Source of the DNA: Azolla caroliniana
Taxonomy: Eukaryota > Plantae > Polypodiophyta
Reading direction: 5' to 3'
Assembly (NCBI GenBank): GCA_043228905.1
Contig: JBHGNT010000011.1
Span: forward strand, 21,948,001-22,012,000
DNA length: 64,000 bases
This document shows, piece after piece, positions 38,188 through 52,015 of this stretch. Under the pieces are notes generated by a model. The model worked only from the letters and a program-made list of their open reading frames with translations, was not told the DNA's origin and did not search any database. The first letter of the stretch is position 1. Each line of letters opens with the position of its first letter. The position numbers were made by a program, and so were the translations under genes.

Positions 38188-41034
38188 TGATATTGAAAGT
38201 GAGAGAGAAATCCCTCTCTTTCAGTAATGCGCGCGTGTCGCTGTCGGATTGATGGCGTTGGGCGGCCGCCGCCAGCGCCCACTGCTCGGCCGAAGGGGAG
38301 CTCGTGGAGCTGTTGGGGCCGGCGGCAGTTGCCGTAGTTTGTGTGGCTAGGGAAGCCACGGCTGGCGCCAGAGCGAGCCAACGACGCTGTGACGGGAACG
38401 CACGACACACAGAGAAAGAGAGACAGAGAGAGGCACACACGCACAAAAAGACGATCTAACGAGCTGTCGTGATAAAATATAGTTAGCTACCTCCGGACCT
38501 GGAGCTTAATCCAGATTTCCCCCTGAGATCATTCTGAAATACCTGCTTAAATCACATGTGTTTTTTATGCTGAGGACGTTAGCTGCATGGATTATAGGTG
38601 ATTACCCTAGATTTCTCTTCACTCATGCACCAGACATTCCTTCACTGCTAAGCTGTAGATTATAAGGAAGGGAGTGATGGAAGGAGATGAGGTGCATCTG
38701 AAGAATTAAGGCAGTAGGAGCAGTGGTAATTAGGAGGGCTGTATGGCCATCATAATGACGTACATACTAGCAGATCACACTACCATGATTAATTTAATGG
38801 GAAGGCTAATTAAGTAATGGAGGGGTCCATGTGTTTGTTTGAGGATCATATGGACATTGCCAGGCTTGAAGGATTACTGCGCTGCTGCTATGGTTGGAAT
38901 ACCCTATATGATCTATTGATTTTTGTCTTCTTTCTTTCTTGTGATTAACTGATCCCGCTAGCTAGCTAGCTAGCTGCACGTGGTCAGACCGGATACCGGA
39001 CTGATACCACAAACAAGGAGGAGGAGAACAAGACTACGAAAGGAAATCAAAGAATTATTGGTATTTTTTTGGATGTGATAACATATATATAAGCTTCTCA
39101 TGATCTACTATAAATGCCTCAATTATGTGTAACTAGACCAGATAAACAAAAATGGTGAGAAGGGGAGGGTTTGATTATTACATATACGACTACAACTACT
39201 GGGTAATAGCTTTTCAAAATAGGGTTCTGAATCATTTTCTCTCTGCAGGCAAGCATATATATCTATATATAAGAGAAAAATAACATGATCATTAATAATT
39301 AGGGGAGGTGGAAATAATATAAATGGCAGAGAAGACAATGAATTGGAGAGGGGGGGGGGGGGGGGGAACAGAGCAGCAGAAGCAGCAGCAGAGAGAGAAG
39401 AAAAAAAAATGATGATGAAGATGAAGAAGACGAAGAAGAAGAAGAAAGCGTAAAAATATTAGTAGAGAGAGAGAGAGAGAGGCCTGAAGAAGCACAATTA
39501 TTAAATTTATGAAAATATGAGGTTGTGTCTTTCTCTCTCTCACTCTGCATATTTTATAATAATATCACAGAACAGAGCTTAGGGGGAGGGGGGTCTATAA
39601 TATATATGTAGATATATATATGTGTGTGTGTCTACATAAATAGATATGCAAATGTGTGTGTGTGTGTGTGTGCGCGCTACAAAATCATAGTGTAGACACT
39701 GCTGCTGCTGCTGCTGCCACTATACAATGCGACTTATACACACCACATTATTATTATTATTATTATTATTATTAGTTTGTTTTAACTATTTGTGGTTTAT
39801 CATTGTTCTTGAAGATGAAAGTGGAACTTAGAAAGAAAAATGCCTTCCGTTCCTTCCATCCATCCATTCTCCTCTCAATTTGGTTTTTGTTCTTCTTGTC
39901 CACAGCCAAAAGAAGGAGAAAGAAAAAAAAAAAAACTGAACCGCCATTAGTTGTGTTCTATATACATACATATCTCTATCTATCAAATTACTACTCGATT
40001 TACCAAAGAGAACCGCTAGAAAGCGAGTACTATGATTTGGATAAATAAATAGGAAAACCCCACACTCACACTCATCTGTATGATGATGATGATGATGATG
40101 ATGATACGATATGAGATTACTTAGTAGAAGCAAACTGCAGTAGAGAAGAGAATCCTTTTCTTTTCCCCCTTTTCTTTTACAATACAAAAGGAGGTTTCAT
40201 TAGGAGGGAGTACTAGTACCCACTAGTCTCTCAGTAGTACTCTCCCTACCTATGCCTCCTCCTCTTCCTACTCCTAAGAGATATATATATACATCAACAT
40301 GTATATATTATGTAGATACGTAGATATATTTCGTAACCCTAATGGTTCGGGGGAATCCTGAGGAGCTATACGCGTGTGTGTGTGTGTGTGTGTTGGAGGG
40401 AGGGGGGGAGGGGGGATTGAGTCTTGAGAGATGGTGTACAACACGAGTTTTCAAGGTTTCGGGGTACACTTTTGTATTTAGAAGGTTGGCGGGGTCCACG
40501 TGCCACCAGAGAGGCAGACCAGAAAAGCATAACAGTAGGAAACCCTACCTACAAGAGACTCTCGCTCTCAGAGTTTTTCTTTATATTCTATTCATTCCTT
40601 CAACAATTATATACATATATGCTTTCCATCCATTGTATATGTGTGTGTATGTTTATATTCTTCCTTTTTCTTTTTCCTTTTCCTTTCCTAGAGAGAGAGA
40701 GAGACTGAGGGAGACAATAAAACAACAAAAGCAAGCAACTGAAAGAGAAGCTCACATTCAAAGCAACAACCTTATTATTAGGATGATAATAATGAATTAG
40801 GGTTTATGTCGTATACAAGGCTAATAGCCATATAGATATGTGTACAAAGACTTTCATATAAAATATTACAATGTTAAAAAGGGAAGAAATAGAAGAAGAA
40901 GGAGAAGAAGTGGGTGTGGAGGGAACCCACTTTGTATGTATGTTTTGTCATGATCAGACAGCTATAACAATGTATACCTATGCCAGACTACTGCGCTCAG
41001 TACTAGTATACATATATAGATATCCATATACATA

Positions 41035-41069
<35 letters not shown>

Positions 41070-43779
41070 TAGTATCTCAGGCTATTACAGCTAATAATTT
41101 AGCTACTATATTATCAGTCCTTTATATGCGAATGAGACGGAGAGGAAGAAGAAGAAGATGGAGAATTCGGTCAGCTTCCGATCGCTTTGAACGACTAATA
41201 ATTACTGTGCTTTGTGGATAGTTTAGAAGGTGCAAGAGACTATACACTATCACTACTTGAAACTACTAGCTACTAATTATAGCTCAGGTATATATATTCA
41301 TATTATATATAATAATACTCTACTACAGCATGTGTGTGTGTATGAGAGGGATAATAAATGTAAACCTATTTATATGGGCCTTCACATTTGTGGTTCAGCT
41401 TCTGATCCGCTGATCATCTGATCCTACTGAGTTTCCCCTTCTCCTTTGCTATCCTATCCTATCCTACCACTCTAATAATATTATTTAGCTAATACTATAG
41501 TAACTCTGTAAACCCTAAATCTTTCCCTACCCTACACATCTGTGAACTACTATTATGTAACCCTATATCCTTATTTTTTTTAAACCAATACACACCACAC
41601 CCTCTATTAACTAGCCCTCTCACTTGTTGTACCTCTCTTTTTGACCTTCATCCCAATGGTGAGAAAAAAGAAGGCCTAAGTGTCCACATCCGCCGAAACC
41701 CCGATGTCGTTAACCTCGAATTGTCGACGTTTAATCAGTTGCGTATGCCCGTTCGACACTTATCCACATGTCTTCATGACCTAGCTTATCGATAAGATCC
41801 TTTGAAACCAACTCAACCCCTTCTTCACTACAATACAATTCATAGTCCTCAATCGAAGCGTGTCACTTCAATTTCAATTTCATGCCCTATGTATTTCACT
41901 AGAGCAATTTGAGGCCCTCTTAGCCTTGCACTTGACCCCAACCTAAGTTAAGCTACCCAACACTAAATCACTAGATGAAGCTTTTGTTGTTGACATGCTT
42001 CCTTATGTTTATCATCCAATGAGAGAACATGTCACTTCCAATTAATATTGTGTCGCCTCGACAACCTCCGCTTTATTGTGTCGCTTCATGCTGAATATTA
42101 AGCCTAACCGGAGCTTTTGCATGTTCATTGCATACCTCAACATAGTCTACTATGTTCTCTTCTTGTGAACCCTTCCTTATATAAGTAATACATTCACTGC
42201 AATACCTTGATATGACTCTATATCTACAAGTGTGCATATAAGACATATGTTCAATATTGTTCTTATAAAACATTTTTGTGTTCATGGTGGTATGTGTATG
42301 TACATTATGTTGAACATCATTCAACATCTAATCTGAGGTTCTCTATGCAGCAAATTTTGTGGAGAGTCAAACTTGAATCATAGCGAGCTTGAGGCGATCA
42401 TAGCTTTGTATATATAACAACGTACATCAATTTCTTCTTTTCTTTTCAAAATTCAGCTCTTCGATTGGCCTATATATTAACTCATTCAAATGAAATCCTA
42501 GTCTGTTGGCCATAATGACAATTGCGATGTCAATACAAATCATTATATTGATACTTCAATGTCTAGATAGCCATCCTAGCTCCTTGTAATTGTAATATTG
42601 TTTTTTTTTTTCAAAAAAAAAACTCCTTCCATTAGTTATAAAATTTTACAAATGAGAGTGTTATATATGAGTAATATTGTTGTATATATCTTCTCTGTGC
42701 ATAAAAAACAACATATAGTTTGACATATTTTAAAAGTTATGATCTCTATGTGTGCGCATGTATTGTGCTATTTGTGTGTGGTATGTTTAAGGTTTGTGGA
42801 AACATGAAGGACTAAAAATTAGTTATAATGAAACAACGTTGGATTAGATTTGGCTCCCCACCAAGCAAAACATGTCATGAAAAACTACCACTTGGTAAAT
42901 GTAAAACGTCCTAGAGAACCAAAACATATGATATTGGCTGATGATCATATGAGGCAGGGGACAACAAATCAAAATAGATTTCTAGTATGGTTCTTTGTTT
43001 CTATAACTATTTCAAGAAGTAGTCAAACGCACAAGTCACGACAAGAGTATTAGAGATTAGGATTAGGATTACAAGTACAACTCATCTGGAGCAATGGGGT
43101 TTCTAGAGAACATTTTGTCCAATCTTGATCAATATTTAGACACATATATGTAGAAGAGAAGAGGTTAATTAATTAAAAAGGGTCTAGTTCTATTACTTTC
43201 TTTATTTGTGTAGCGCCAAATTTCCAAGATGTCGACAGGTTTTTCTTTTAAATTATAACACTAGTACACACTTATTTACTGTATATATTTTACCTCCCAA
43301 GTGATAAGGTAGGAGAGTCTCTTCCGTATTTCCAACAAGTGACCCCGACATCTTTCTTTGTAAGGTTATATACATTAACAATTTGGTGTTATAAGCACAA
43401 CCTACTCAATGTTATCGGTGTCACTATGCAAAACCAATATGAGAGTCAATCAAGATGAAGATCAATGTAGACCATCCATCGACTTTGATGCTCTACGATC
43501 GTCTACACTAGGTTGCAATATTGATTGCCAATGTATTCATAGCATACTCCAAAATTCTACTAATGTCGAAGATGCATGTTGGTACAATGATAGACCTCAA
43601 GTTACATTTTCATGCATGTTAATCTACTTGGATGCACCACAACATTAGGTGTCATTGGACTATTTTATGGAATAACATGTCTAGGCTTTGATACGTTAGG
43701 AAGCACTAGCTTAACCTCCCATGAATGTCATTAGTGCTTGTTGTGGTACAATAGTAAATGCTTGTTGTTGATATATTGG

Positions 43780-44500
43780 TCCCAATTTGGTAGCTCATGA
43801 ATTTGGGCTTACTTTGAATGACAGTGATTGGAAGAGTGTTGACAATGTTCCGCCATGCAAGTTTCATGCCATAATATAAAGTTAAATTTGGTATGGTTGG
43901 CTTCCCATCGGCTACTAACATTTGCATGTGTAGTGGTCACTAGTTTTGTTCAGGGCAAGGGAAACACCTTTTAAGGACATAATAAAGCATGGGAATATGC
44001 ATGTCCCTTTGGACACACATATTCCCAATGCCTCAAAGCTAGGGAATAATGCTAACTCCCCTCCACTATTTAGTAGTGTATTCTCGAGCATTGAATAGAT
44101 TCATTGTAAGCATACAACATATATCAAGGACTCCCACATCACATTTATTTTAATCTTGGGATCATGTATATAAGATCATCCTTCAAAGAATTAGACGAGA
44201 GATATTAAGGGGGTCTAGGGATTGATCATAGTTGTTTGTAAATAGCGCAATTGTGCAAATTGCAACATGTCATTAGGTAGTAACTCACAATACCTAACCA
44301 AATAGAAATTCTTTGGCAACCTATATAAGGAGGGGCTTCCATCATGAATTGTTGCATTGTCTTGTGAGCGTGAGGTTTCTCTTGGAAACATGTTGATCTA
44401 GGAAAGAGTATATTGATGTGTTGGTGAGGGAGGGAGACCCATGCAAGCACCGTGACATTGGGCTTTAATCCAAGCCTTGGTTACAAGCTATTAAACATAA
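43780..44500 (-). mobile_element. Highly degenerate Ty3/gypsy-like RT/RNase H remnant
   Basis: WLGIVSYY resembles FLGLVGYY, and AWRNIVNTLPITV resembles the RNase H WRHYL region. Weak. Confidence 0.4.
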
Positions 44501-46727
44501 CATTGATAATATGTTATAGTTACTAAACATGTATTTTTCTTGCTAGACCCATTGGCCAAAAACAAAAACAAATTACTATAATGTGAATTTGCCATAGCCA
44601 CTATGCCATATTCTTATTTTTTTGTAAGAATGTCTAGATTTTGTTGGAGTTTAAAAGATACATAAGGATTTCACTACTTCTAGTTGCATTTTTCTTGAAT
44701 GTTCCTTCTCTTCTTTGTTTTTTGAAGATTTTTCATGGTTTTACTACTCATAGCTTCACATTAGCTCAAATTTTCTCGCTTTTTCCCATCTCATTTTAAA
44801 ATTTTGAAGCATATTAATTGTGGTCACTGCTCAAAATTTAGCTCATGACTCCACACTTTGGAGATTTTGGGCCTCGACTTTGTCCACATATGGATTTACC
44901 ATCGGGTACCATTTCATGAGGGTTCATCATGTTTATTGTCATCAACAACATCATCACATTTGCCATGTGCTTGTGTGCAAGCTTCATGCTATCATTTATT
45001 TACTCTTTGTATTATGGAACAAATGACAATGTCAAATTTGAAAAGCCAAAATTTACATGCAAACAACTAAGGTGCACAATATGAACCAAAAGAAAAAAGG
45101 AATTTTAAATATGAGCAAGCACAACATCAACTCATTTCCCAATCCTTAAATCCATTGTTTTAATCTTGTGAAGCACATGGTCTACTGCCAACTATTATGT
45201 TTGCTTATTTGAATTTCATAGTTTGAATAAGGTAACGAGACAATTGACTATAACTAGTTTATGGATATGCCATCTAAACTAAATCTTATAACATGATAGT
45301 ATATCTAGGCAATGAATTCAATTTGTGATTTGGCAAATGATTTCTTATTGTTTTTCTTTCTTTTGTCCTTGTATCATGTTTGTTTTTGTTAGTTCAAAAC
45401 TTTGTATGTTATATTTGTACAAGGTCTTTTACACTACTACAACGTCGGTATTGCCAACAAATTTGGCTCTCTAGGTCAAAAATAACTTTTCCCAAAAGAA
45501 AGAAATGGTAGAACCCTTGATCTTATTAGTTTCCTACAATCAATGAACTTTGCTAGTGCTAGAATTTGTAAGATCTCTATTCAGCAATTCTCATTTCCAA
45601 CATTGTCAACTATTGTTAGAATTTACATTACTTCTCATTCATGCTAAGTTTTACAACATTTTCAACAATTGCTAGAATTATGTTTTAAGTGCCAATATTT
45701 TCCACAATATAAAGTAGTGTTGGACATTCAGACAGTATGATAAAATTTCAATCCATGATTATGATAAACTCCAAGAACAGTCTAGTCTCTTGTATTATCT
45801 CTGTCCAGAAAGTGGGCCTAAAAGATGTAATATCAAAGTTGTTATGGTTTTTTTAATGCGATATTTCTCAATCTTTCTTTGCTAATAGTAATGATTGTGT
45901 CTAATTAATGAATGTTTTCCATCTTATGAACACATGCATATGTATTGCCTTGTTAAGGTTTCTATTCTAGTCGGTGCATTTGATAAAACACTGATATACC
46001 CTCATATTATTTTCCCATTGTGGATTCGGGTAGTCTCAGTTGTATTCTATTGGTTAACTGATGTGAAGTAGTGATTTTTGGAATAATAATATTAACAATA
46101 TTGATGGACAAGTTTCTTGTTTGTTGGATATTTATTTATTGGCATTTTGATATGGCATGTGGAACCCTACATTATTCATAGAGTTGACGTCTACGACATT
46201 AGCGTTTTACAATAAAATGAGTTACATCCGAGATACGATTTCTATTAAGCTTTCGTTTATGTTTGGATGCAATTACTTCTGATTGTTTGAAGCGACCTTG
46301 TTAAGTTTTTTTGTATTGGCTATCATGTTCTTCTATATTTTGTTTTAGCATATGGTACTTTGTTAGAATGCAAAGAGGGATTTCGTTGTTTAGAGGTTTG
46401 CCTAAGTTATCTTTGTCACAACTTTCTCTTTTGGAATTAGATACTAAAAAAAAAGACAAAATTATATAATTATAATTAGTTTCTTAGTAGTGAGTCTTTT
46501 CTATTGGTTATCATGCGCTTTTGTATTGTTGGAGTGCATGGAATGCATCGACAATTACAAACTTGCCCTAAGCAATTTCTCTTTGTCATAACCTTCTCTT
46601 TTGGCATTAGTTTCTCAACGACTATGACAAAATAATAATATTATTGTTTTGCATAATATAAACCCTAGAATCACATATGTATGCATGAAGTTGGGAAGTT
46701 CTACTTTTGCATTGTTATATTATTATA

Positions 46728-46960
46728 CATAGTACGTAAAATTCGTGTTCGTCTAGCATAACATTCGTTTTCCTACGTTGGAAAACGAATGCGAATGTTA
46801 TTCAAACATTCTTGTGTTTTTTTTTTTGTTTCCCCCCTCTTTTTTTTAAGTTTATTTTTATTTTTTTAGTTTATTTTACCTCATAATAAATAGTTAATCC
46901 AAACGTATGGTATTTACCATTCTTCGAGGGTGACGTATGGTACGTATGGTTCATACTATG
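46728..46960. mobile_element. Possible short hAT-like MITE
   Basis: Terminal CATAGTACG and CATACTATG inverted repeat, with internal ATTCGT and ACGTATGG motifs. TSD imperfect. Confidence 0.45.
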
Positions 46961-48702
46961 GTTATATATATGTATATATCCAAAATAAAAAACTCCTTGC
47001 ATTAGTTATATAAGTTTACAGCCGTGAATGTTATATACATACCACAAAAGGGGCTCGATAGTGATGGTAATCTTAATAATCTTGATATGTTAAGGTTTCT
47101 TGATTGTTTGACAAGTATATAAATTAGTGAAGTCGTATATGCACGTGGATGCTTCCTTCGTTGATAAGGAGGCTCATATATATCGTAACCATACAATTAT
47201 TGTTGAATGGGTTACATTACGTGCATATTTTTTCACTATTGTTCCTTGTTTGTTTGATATAATCACTTGTTTGTTTGCGATGACTTTGATGATCTTATTC
47301 ATCAGATGTGGGTCCTTTTTACATATTATCCATTAAAAATTTGAACTTGTTGCAAGTAGGTCGAAACTCTAGATTGCTATATGGTTTCCTTTTTCTTGAT
47401 ATAAAGTTTATCTACTTGTATTGTGATGTTTTTATACGTGTTTACGATATGCACATGAGGCTTCCCTTAGTGAAAGTGAAGTTGATGGGTACATTAGTGC
47501 ATTATTGTTGCATTGTTTATTAGCATCATCTCCTAAAGAGGCAATCCATTGCATTTGAAAGCAAGATTTCAAAAGTAGTATGTTAAGACTTAACAAGTGG
47601 GCTGTTAAAACATTATTCATGCTTATTGCTAATGTTTTCACTGTCATTTAAACATTTTTTAGGGAATGACTAATTATAGCCGCTATATTTGATTGCCAAA
47701 GGTTGATGTATCATCTCTACGTTTGCAAATAATGCGCAACACACAGGAGTGGGATTTGTTTGATATGTCTTGGGCCCTTTTTCTAGAATCAATAGCTTTA
47801 ATGTAAATTGGCTCACAAAGGCGTACCTATTAATATATTCCAATGTTGTGGGATGTCTTGATCTAGGTAGAGATTAGTTCTCATGTTGTATAAAACAACT
47901 TTATACAATATGAGTCATGACCAATATTTATAGATCTAATTTTTTATATTGTTTTGAATCATAATGTGGAACTATCAAAATTAGGGATTGCAAAAATTTG
48001 CAACATGTGTAATGCTGAAAATATCACAATCGAAAGTGTCCTTCATAGGGTATGAATATATGGCACTTTCTCGGGGAGTTTTTTTACAATTTTTTGATAG
48101 AATGGAATTTTCCTTAATTTTCAATTACAAAACAAAAATGTCAATGCAAGTGCCAAAAGGGAGTCCATTATGTAGTTGTGCCACCATCTAAACTATTGCT
48201 TCCACACAACATAGTTCACACTAACTTTGATTTGAGACGAGGCATTGGGTAGATGTGACGAGTGTAGTCAACAATGCACATTTTGCCCTGAACATTGGGA
48301 GTGTAAGAATTTCAATTTGATATGATGACATTTGCCCATACGTTTGACATTTTGATCAAACCCAATCATGGCATGAATTTCTCCCATAGTCATAGTGTAT
48401 ATACATAACTGTGACACTCATTGTAAAGTTCCCGAACATTGAGAGTCACTATCCACTTTCACATATAATACATGAAAATGTTATATTACCTTGCACTTTG
48501 ATGTCCTCGTTGCTAGCAATCATAACATTAAGAATTGTTGTTTAGTTCATGTTCTTCATTGTTCCATCAAAGCCTTTGTGCACAACCTCAAGTGCTTGTC
48601 ATCTATCTTTGTCATCATCTTGTTGACTTTAGGGATTCCACTTATACCTTTATTTCTTGCGATGTTATTGGCATACCTCTTGAGTTGTATCGAAAGCTAT
48701 TG

Positions 48703-49580
48703 GTTAGAGTATTTCAACATATGACACATTCCTTTCTTGTAGTGTGGTGATCCATTACTCTACATATTAACATGTGTATCGATCACTCTTGGTATTTAGC
48801 GCTTGGATTGCACCACGATTGGTCGTGAAGAAGGGTGCATTAACAAGGACATTCTATAGCTAAAGGAACCACAAAGAGGAAAGAGCAAGAATAAATAAAA
48901 GGAAAGGGAAGCTAATGGGTGGCCAAGTGTGAAAGAGTCATGCCCTAAATGTAAATCCTATATAAACCACATTGTGGTGTCTTTGTAAGGGTTCTTCCAT
49001 TGGTAAAGATCTCCCTAGTGATTAAGACCTTAGGCTTCCTCTCCTCTCTTCTTCTAACATTTGAGCCTAAGAGAGATTAGTGATAGTGTTTAGTAGAGAA
49101 ACACTAATCTCTCTTCCTTGTTGGTGCTAGAACTCTTAGCAAGAGGGGTAATAAAGATATTCTTTGCTTTTGCTATCTATGAGAGCGAGTGCAAGATAGT
49201 GAGAGAAATATTGAACTCTTAATCATCTTTTAATTGTTAAGTGAGAGTGAGGCTTGAAGATAAGTGACAACCATCTTCGTTTGATTTGCAATCAAAAGAG
49301 TATATGCCAGTCCAAACTCCACAAACGACATCCAGGAAGGATTAACTCCGTTGATACATAGATTCTACACAGTTAGAGTATTTAGACATATGACACATTC
49401 CTTTCTTGTAGTGTGGTGATCCCTTATTCTACATGTTAGCATCTGTTCGATCCCTCTTGGTATTTAGCTCATATTTTTGGCAATTGGGTCGTGTAGCATG
49501 TTGGGGTTGTTAAAAATATAAGTAGGATGTACGATAGGTGGTTGGGTCATCTAACCTCAACAATTGGTATTAGATTCATG
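48703..49580 (+). mobile_element. Degenerate LTR-like sequence with an internal direct repeat of about 120 bp and a PBS-like site
   Basis: GTTAGAGTATTT..ACATATGACACATTCCTTTCTTGTAGTGTGGTGATCC at 48703 and 49372. CTATATAAA near 48958. Ends CAACA then TGGTATTAGA (tRNA-Met PBS-like) at 49565. Confidence 0.55.
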
Positions 49581-49777
49581 GGTTCATTTATCCTAATTTG
49601 AGGACAGTTTTTTTTGGAAGATCTAGTGGTGGTTGTGATTTGGTGAACCATGGACATGCACAATCGAAGATGGGGAGGGGTGGGAGAATAATCATTTATT
49701 GAGGACTTCAATTGAGCAAAGGGTGTGTAAAGAATCGAGAGTGATTCTGTGCATTGGAAGAGATAATAATGTGTGTA

Positions 49778-49778
<1 letters not shown>

Positions 49779-49856
<78 letters not shown>
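49779..49856. repeat. (GT)n(GA)n compound microsatellite
   Basis: Read directly from sequence. Confidence 0.9.
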
Positions 49857-49858
<2 letters not shown>

Positions 49859-50279
49859 ACAATATATACAGAAAACAAGAAAATTGTATTAACAAGAAGC
49901 AAGAATGAACTGGTCAACAATTACAAAGAGAAGGAGAAGGTGCTTATGTAGTCGCCTTCTCTCTAAGTTCTCTCACTAGAACCGCCTCTTGGGAAAGAGG
50001 TGGAGTCTTAACTACTTAGGACTTAAAGTTCTATGACACACTAGTTACTATATAGTAGGAGGTGGGGGGGTGTTCACACGATTGAGTATACTAAGGTGTG
50101 TTCCCATAGTAGGGAAGTTGAGTTTGATTCTCAACAAGGTGTAATCACACGAAAACTATTTCCATGTTGATAGATGCTTCACAATGTGGCACTTCGAGGG
50201 GGCTTTATGGCTCAGGGAAGAGGAAGTTCCAAGATCTACAATTCAACGGAACCAATTTCATTCTATGGAAGAATCACAT

Positions 50280-51000
50280 CCGCAATTTTCTCATTCATAG
50301 ATAGAGTGAGGCCAATTGAAGAGAAGTGGAGTGCATGGGTTGTAAAAAATAGTAAGAGAGCTTATGGACAAGTTGGCTTTTAGAAACATCATAGCACCAT
50401 TGATCAACTTGTCACCCTTTAAGTATTAATGGAAGTTAAGTTGCTTGAGGGATAAGCTTTTATAATGTGGTTCTTTTTACAAATACTTTAGGAGATGCAC
50501 AAAATTTGGCAAGGGTATTGGAAGAGTTTTGCATGCATACTAAGTTGAGTGTCAATATTTCTAAAACAAAGAGTATGCTTGTTGCAAACCAAAATAAGGA
50601 TAAATTATCCATTAAGCCACTTGAAACTGAGGAAAGCTTTAAATACATTGGCCTTGAAGTTCTATCAAATCATAGATCAAATAAATATGCCACTGACCAC
50701 TTAGAGGTAGGAAAGAGAGCATTGCATTACGCATTCAAGAACACTTGCAATAATAGAGAAATTAAATGTTGGGTCCTCATGAAATACCTTTTGACACTTT
50801 GGTGACACGGGTGCATCTCTATGGGATGGAAGTATGAGGTGATCACATCCCTAATTCTAATTGGAGAGAGTTTAAAAATGTCCAGAAGCATTAGCTTACA
50901 AAGTTTCTAAAAGTTGAGAAACAAATGTCATACACCTTGCATCTTGAGACAAAATCACTAATCATTGAGATCATGGCCATGCAAAGGGTTGTTGAGGATG
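50280..51000 (+). mobile_element. Degenerate LINE RT fragment
   Basis: VVLFTNT..LEEFC..LSVNISKTKSM..SFKYIGL corresponds to the post-YADD RT and thumb region, homologous to 58682-58900. Confidence 0.75.
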
Positions 51001-51978
51001 CAACACACATGCTTCATGATGCATCAATAGGAATGTGAATGAGGCCTTTTTGCAATTCCAATGTATCATGACATGGGAAAAATGTGGAGACTCACACTTC
51101 CCACATTACAATACAAATTTTGTGTCTAACTACAAATGATTCTTCATTTAACGGGAAACCATGCACATCAATGTATGTTAGAGTCCATCCCATTGTCTAC
51201 CATCTGAACCATTTCTTCCACACGACTTCGCTCACACTTGCTGTGATGTAAGACAGGATTTTGGGGTCTACACCATATTTGACTTTCGAAGACTCCAAGT
51301 ATCATACTTTCGAAGACACACACACACACAAACTCTCTCTCTCTCAAAATTTCTATAAAATTGAACTCTAAATGACTTGTAACCCCGCTAATATATCCTA
51401 TTTACATCACCCATCACCTAGTTTGTATAACACTTTATGCACAACACTCAACATTAGTGCTTTGAATAGTGAACTTTCATACACAATTTGTGAAATGCTT
51501 ATTGATGAAGAGATCCATTGAAGGTCAATAGTAGGTGCACCAAGTGGAGATTGTACAATATGTGGGACTTGTGGGGGATGTTCCTTGAGCAAAGTTGTGG
51601 CAAAAAGCTAAAGATGAGTAGCAAAGGAGAAAATTTATGTTTTAAATACGTCTTAGTTGAGAACGATGGAGTGTTGCAACTTTGAACAATGATGACATCA
51701 TCAGAGGAACTGTTGTGCCTCAAGAATGAAAATAGGCATTAAGTACCAATTGTACATAACACGACTAATGAAGAGATCAACATCATTGTGGGTACTGCAC
51801 TTAGTGTAATACTAAGAGAAAGGGGGATAGACGAAAATAGGCTTTAGAGCTTTGAGCCAAATGGCCACCCCAATGTGAAAGAAGACACTTTTTTGTTAGC
51901 GAGTTATAAAAATCAATTGTTTGACTTCTTAACTCCTCTTCTTGATCCTTAGTTTTCTCTCCCATCATAACATCGGCG

Positions 51979-52015
<37 letters not shown>

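Noticed and set aside
38387-38446. ORF-track start (MCVCASLCL...) for the 540-aa SHI ORF
   Set aside because: It is a non-ATG codon inside the polypyrimidine tract of a probable intron (38490-38387).
39123-41421. ORFs upstream of SHI
   Set aside because: Products of simple repeats (poly-S, poly-H, VCVC, YIYI) with no domain signal.
45432-45719. Possible CACTA element (CACTAC...GTAGTG)
   Set aside because: The TIR match is only 6 bp and the flanking 3-mers differ (TTA vs TTG).
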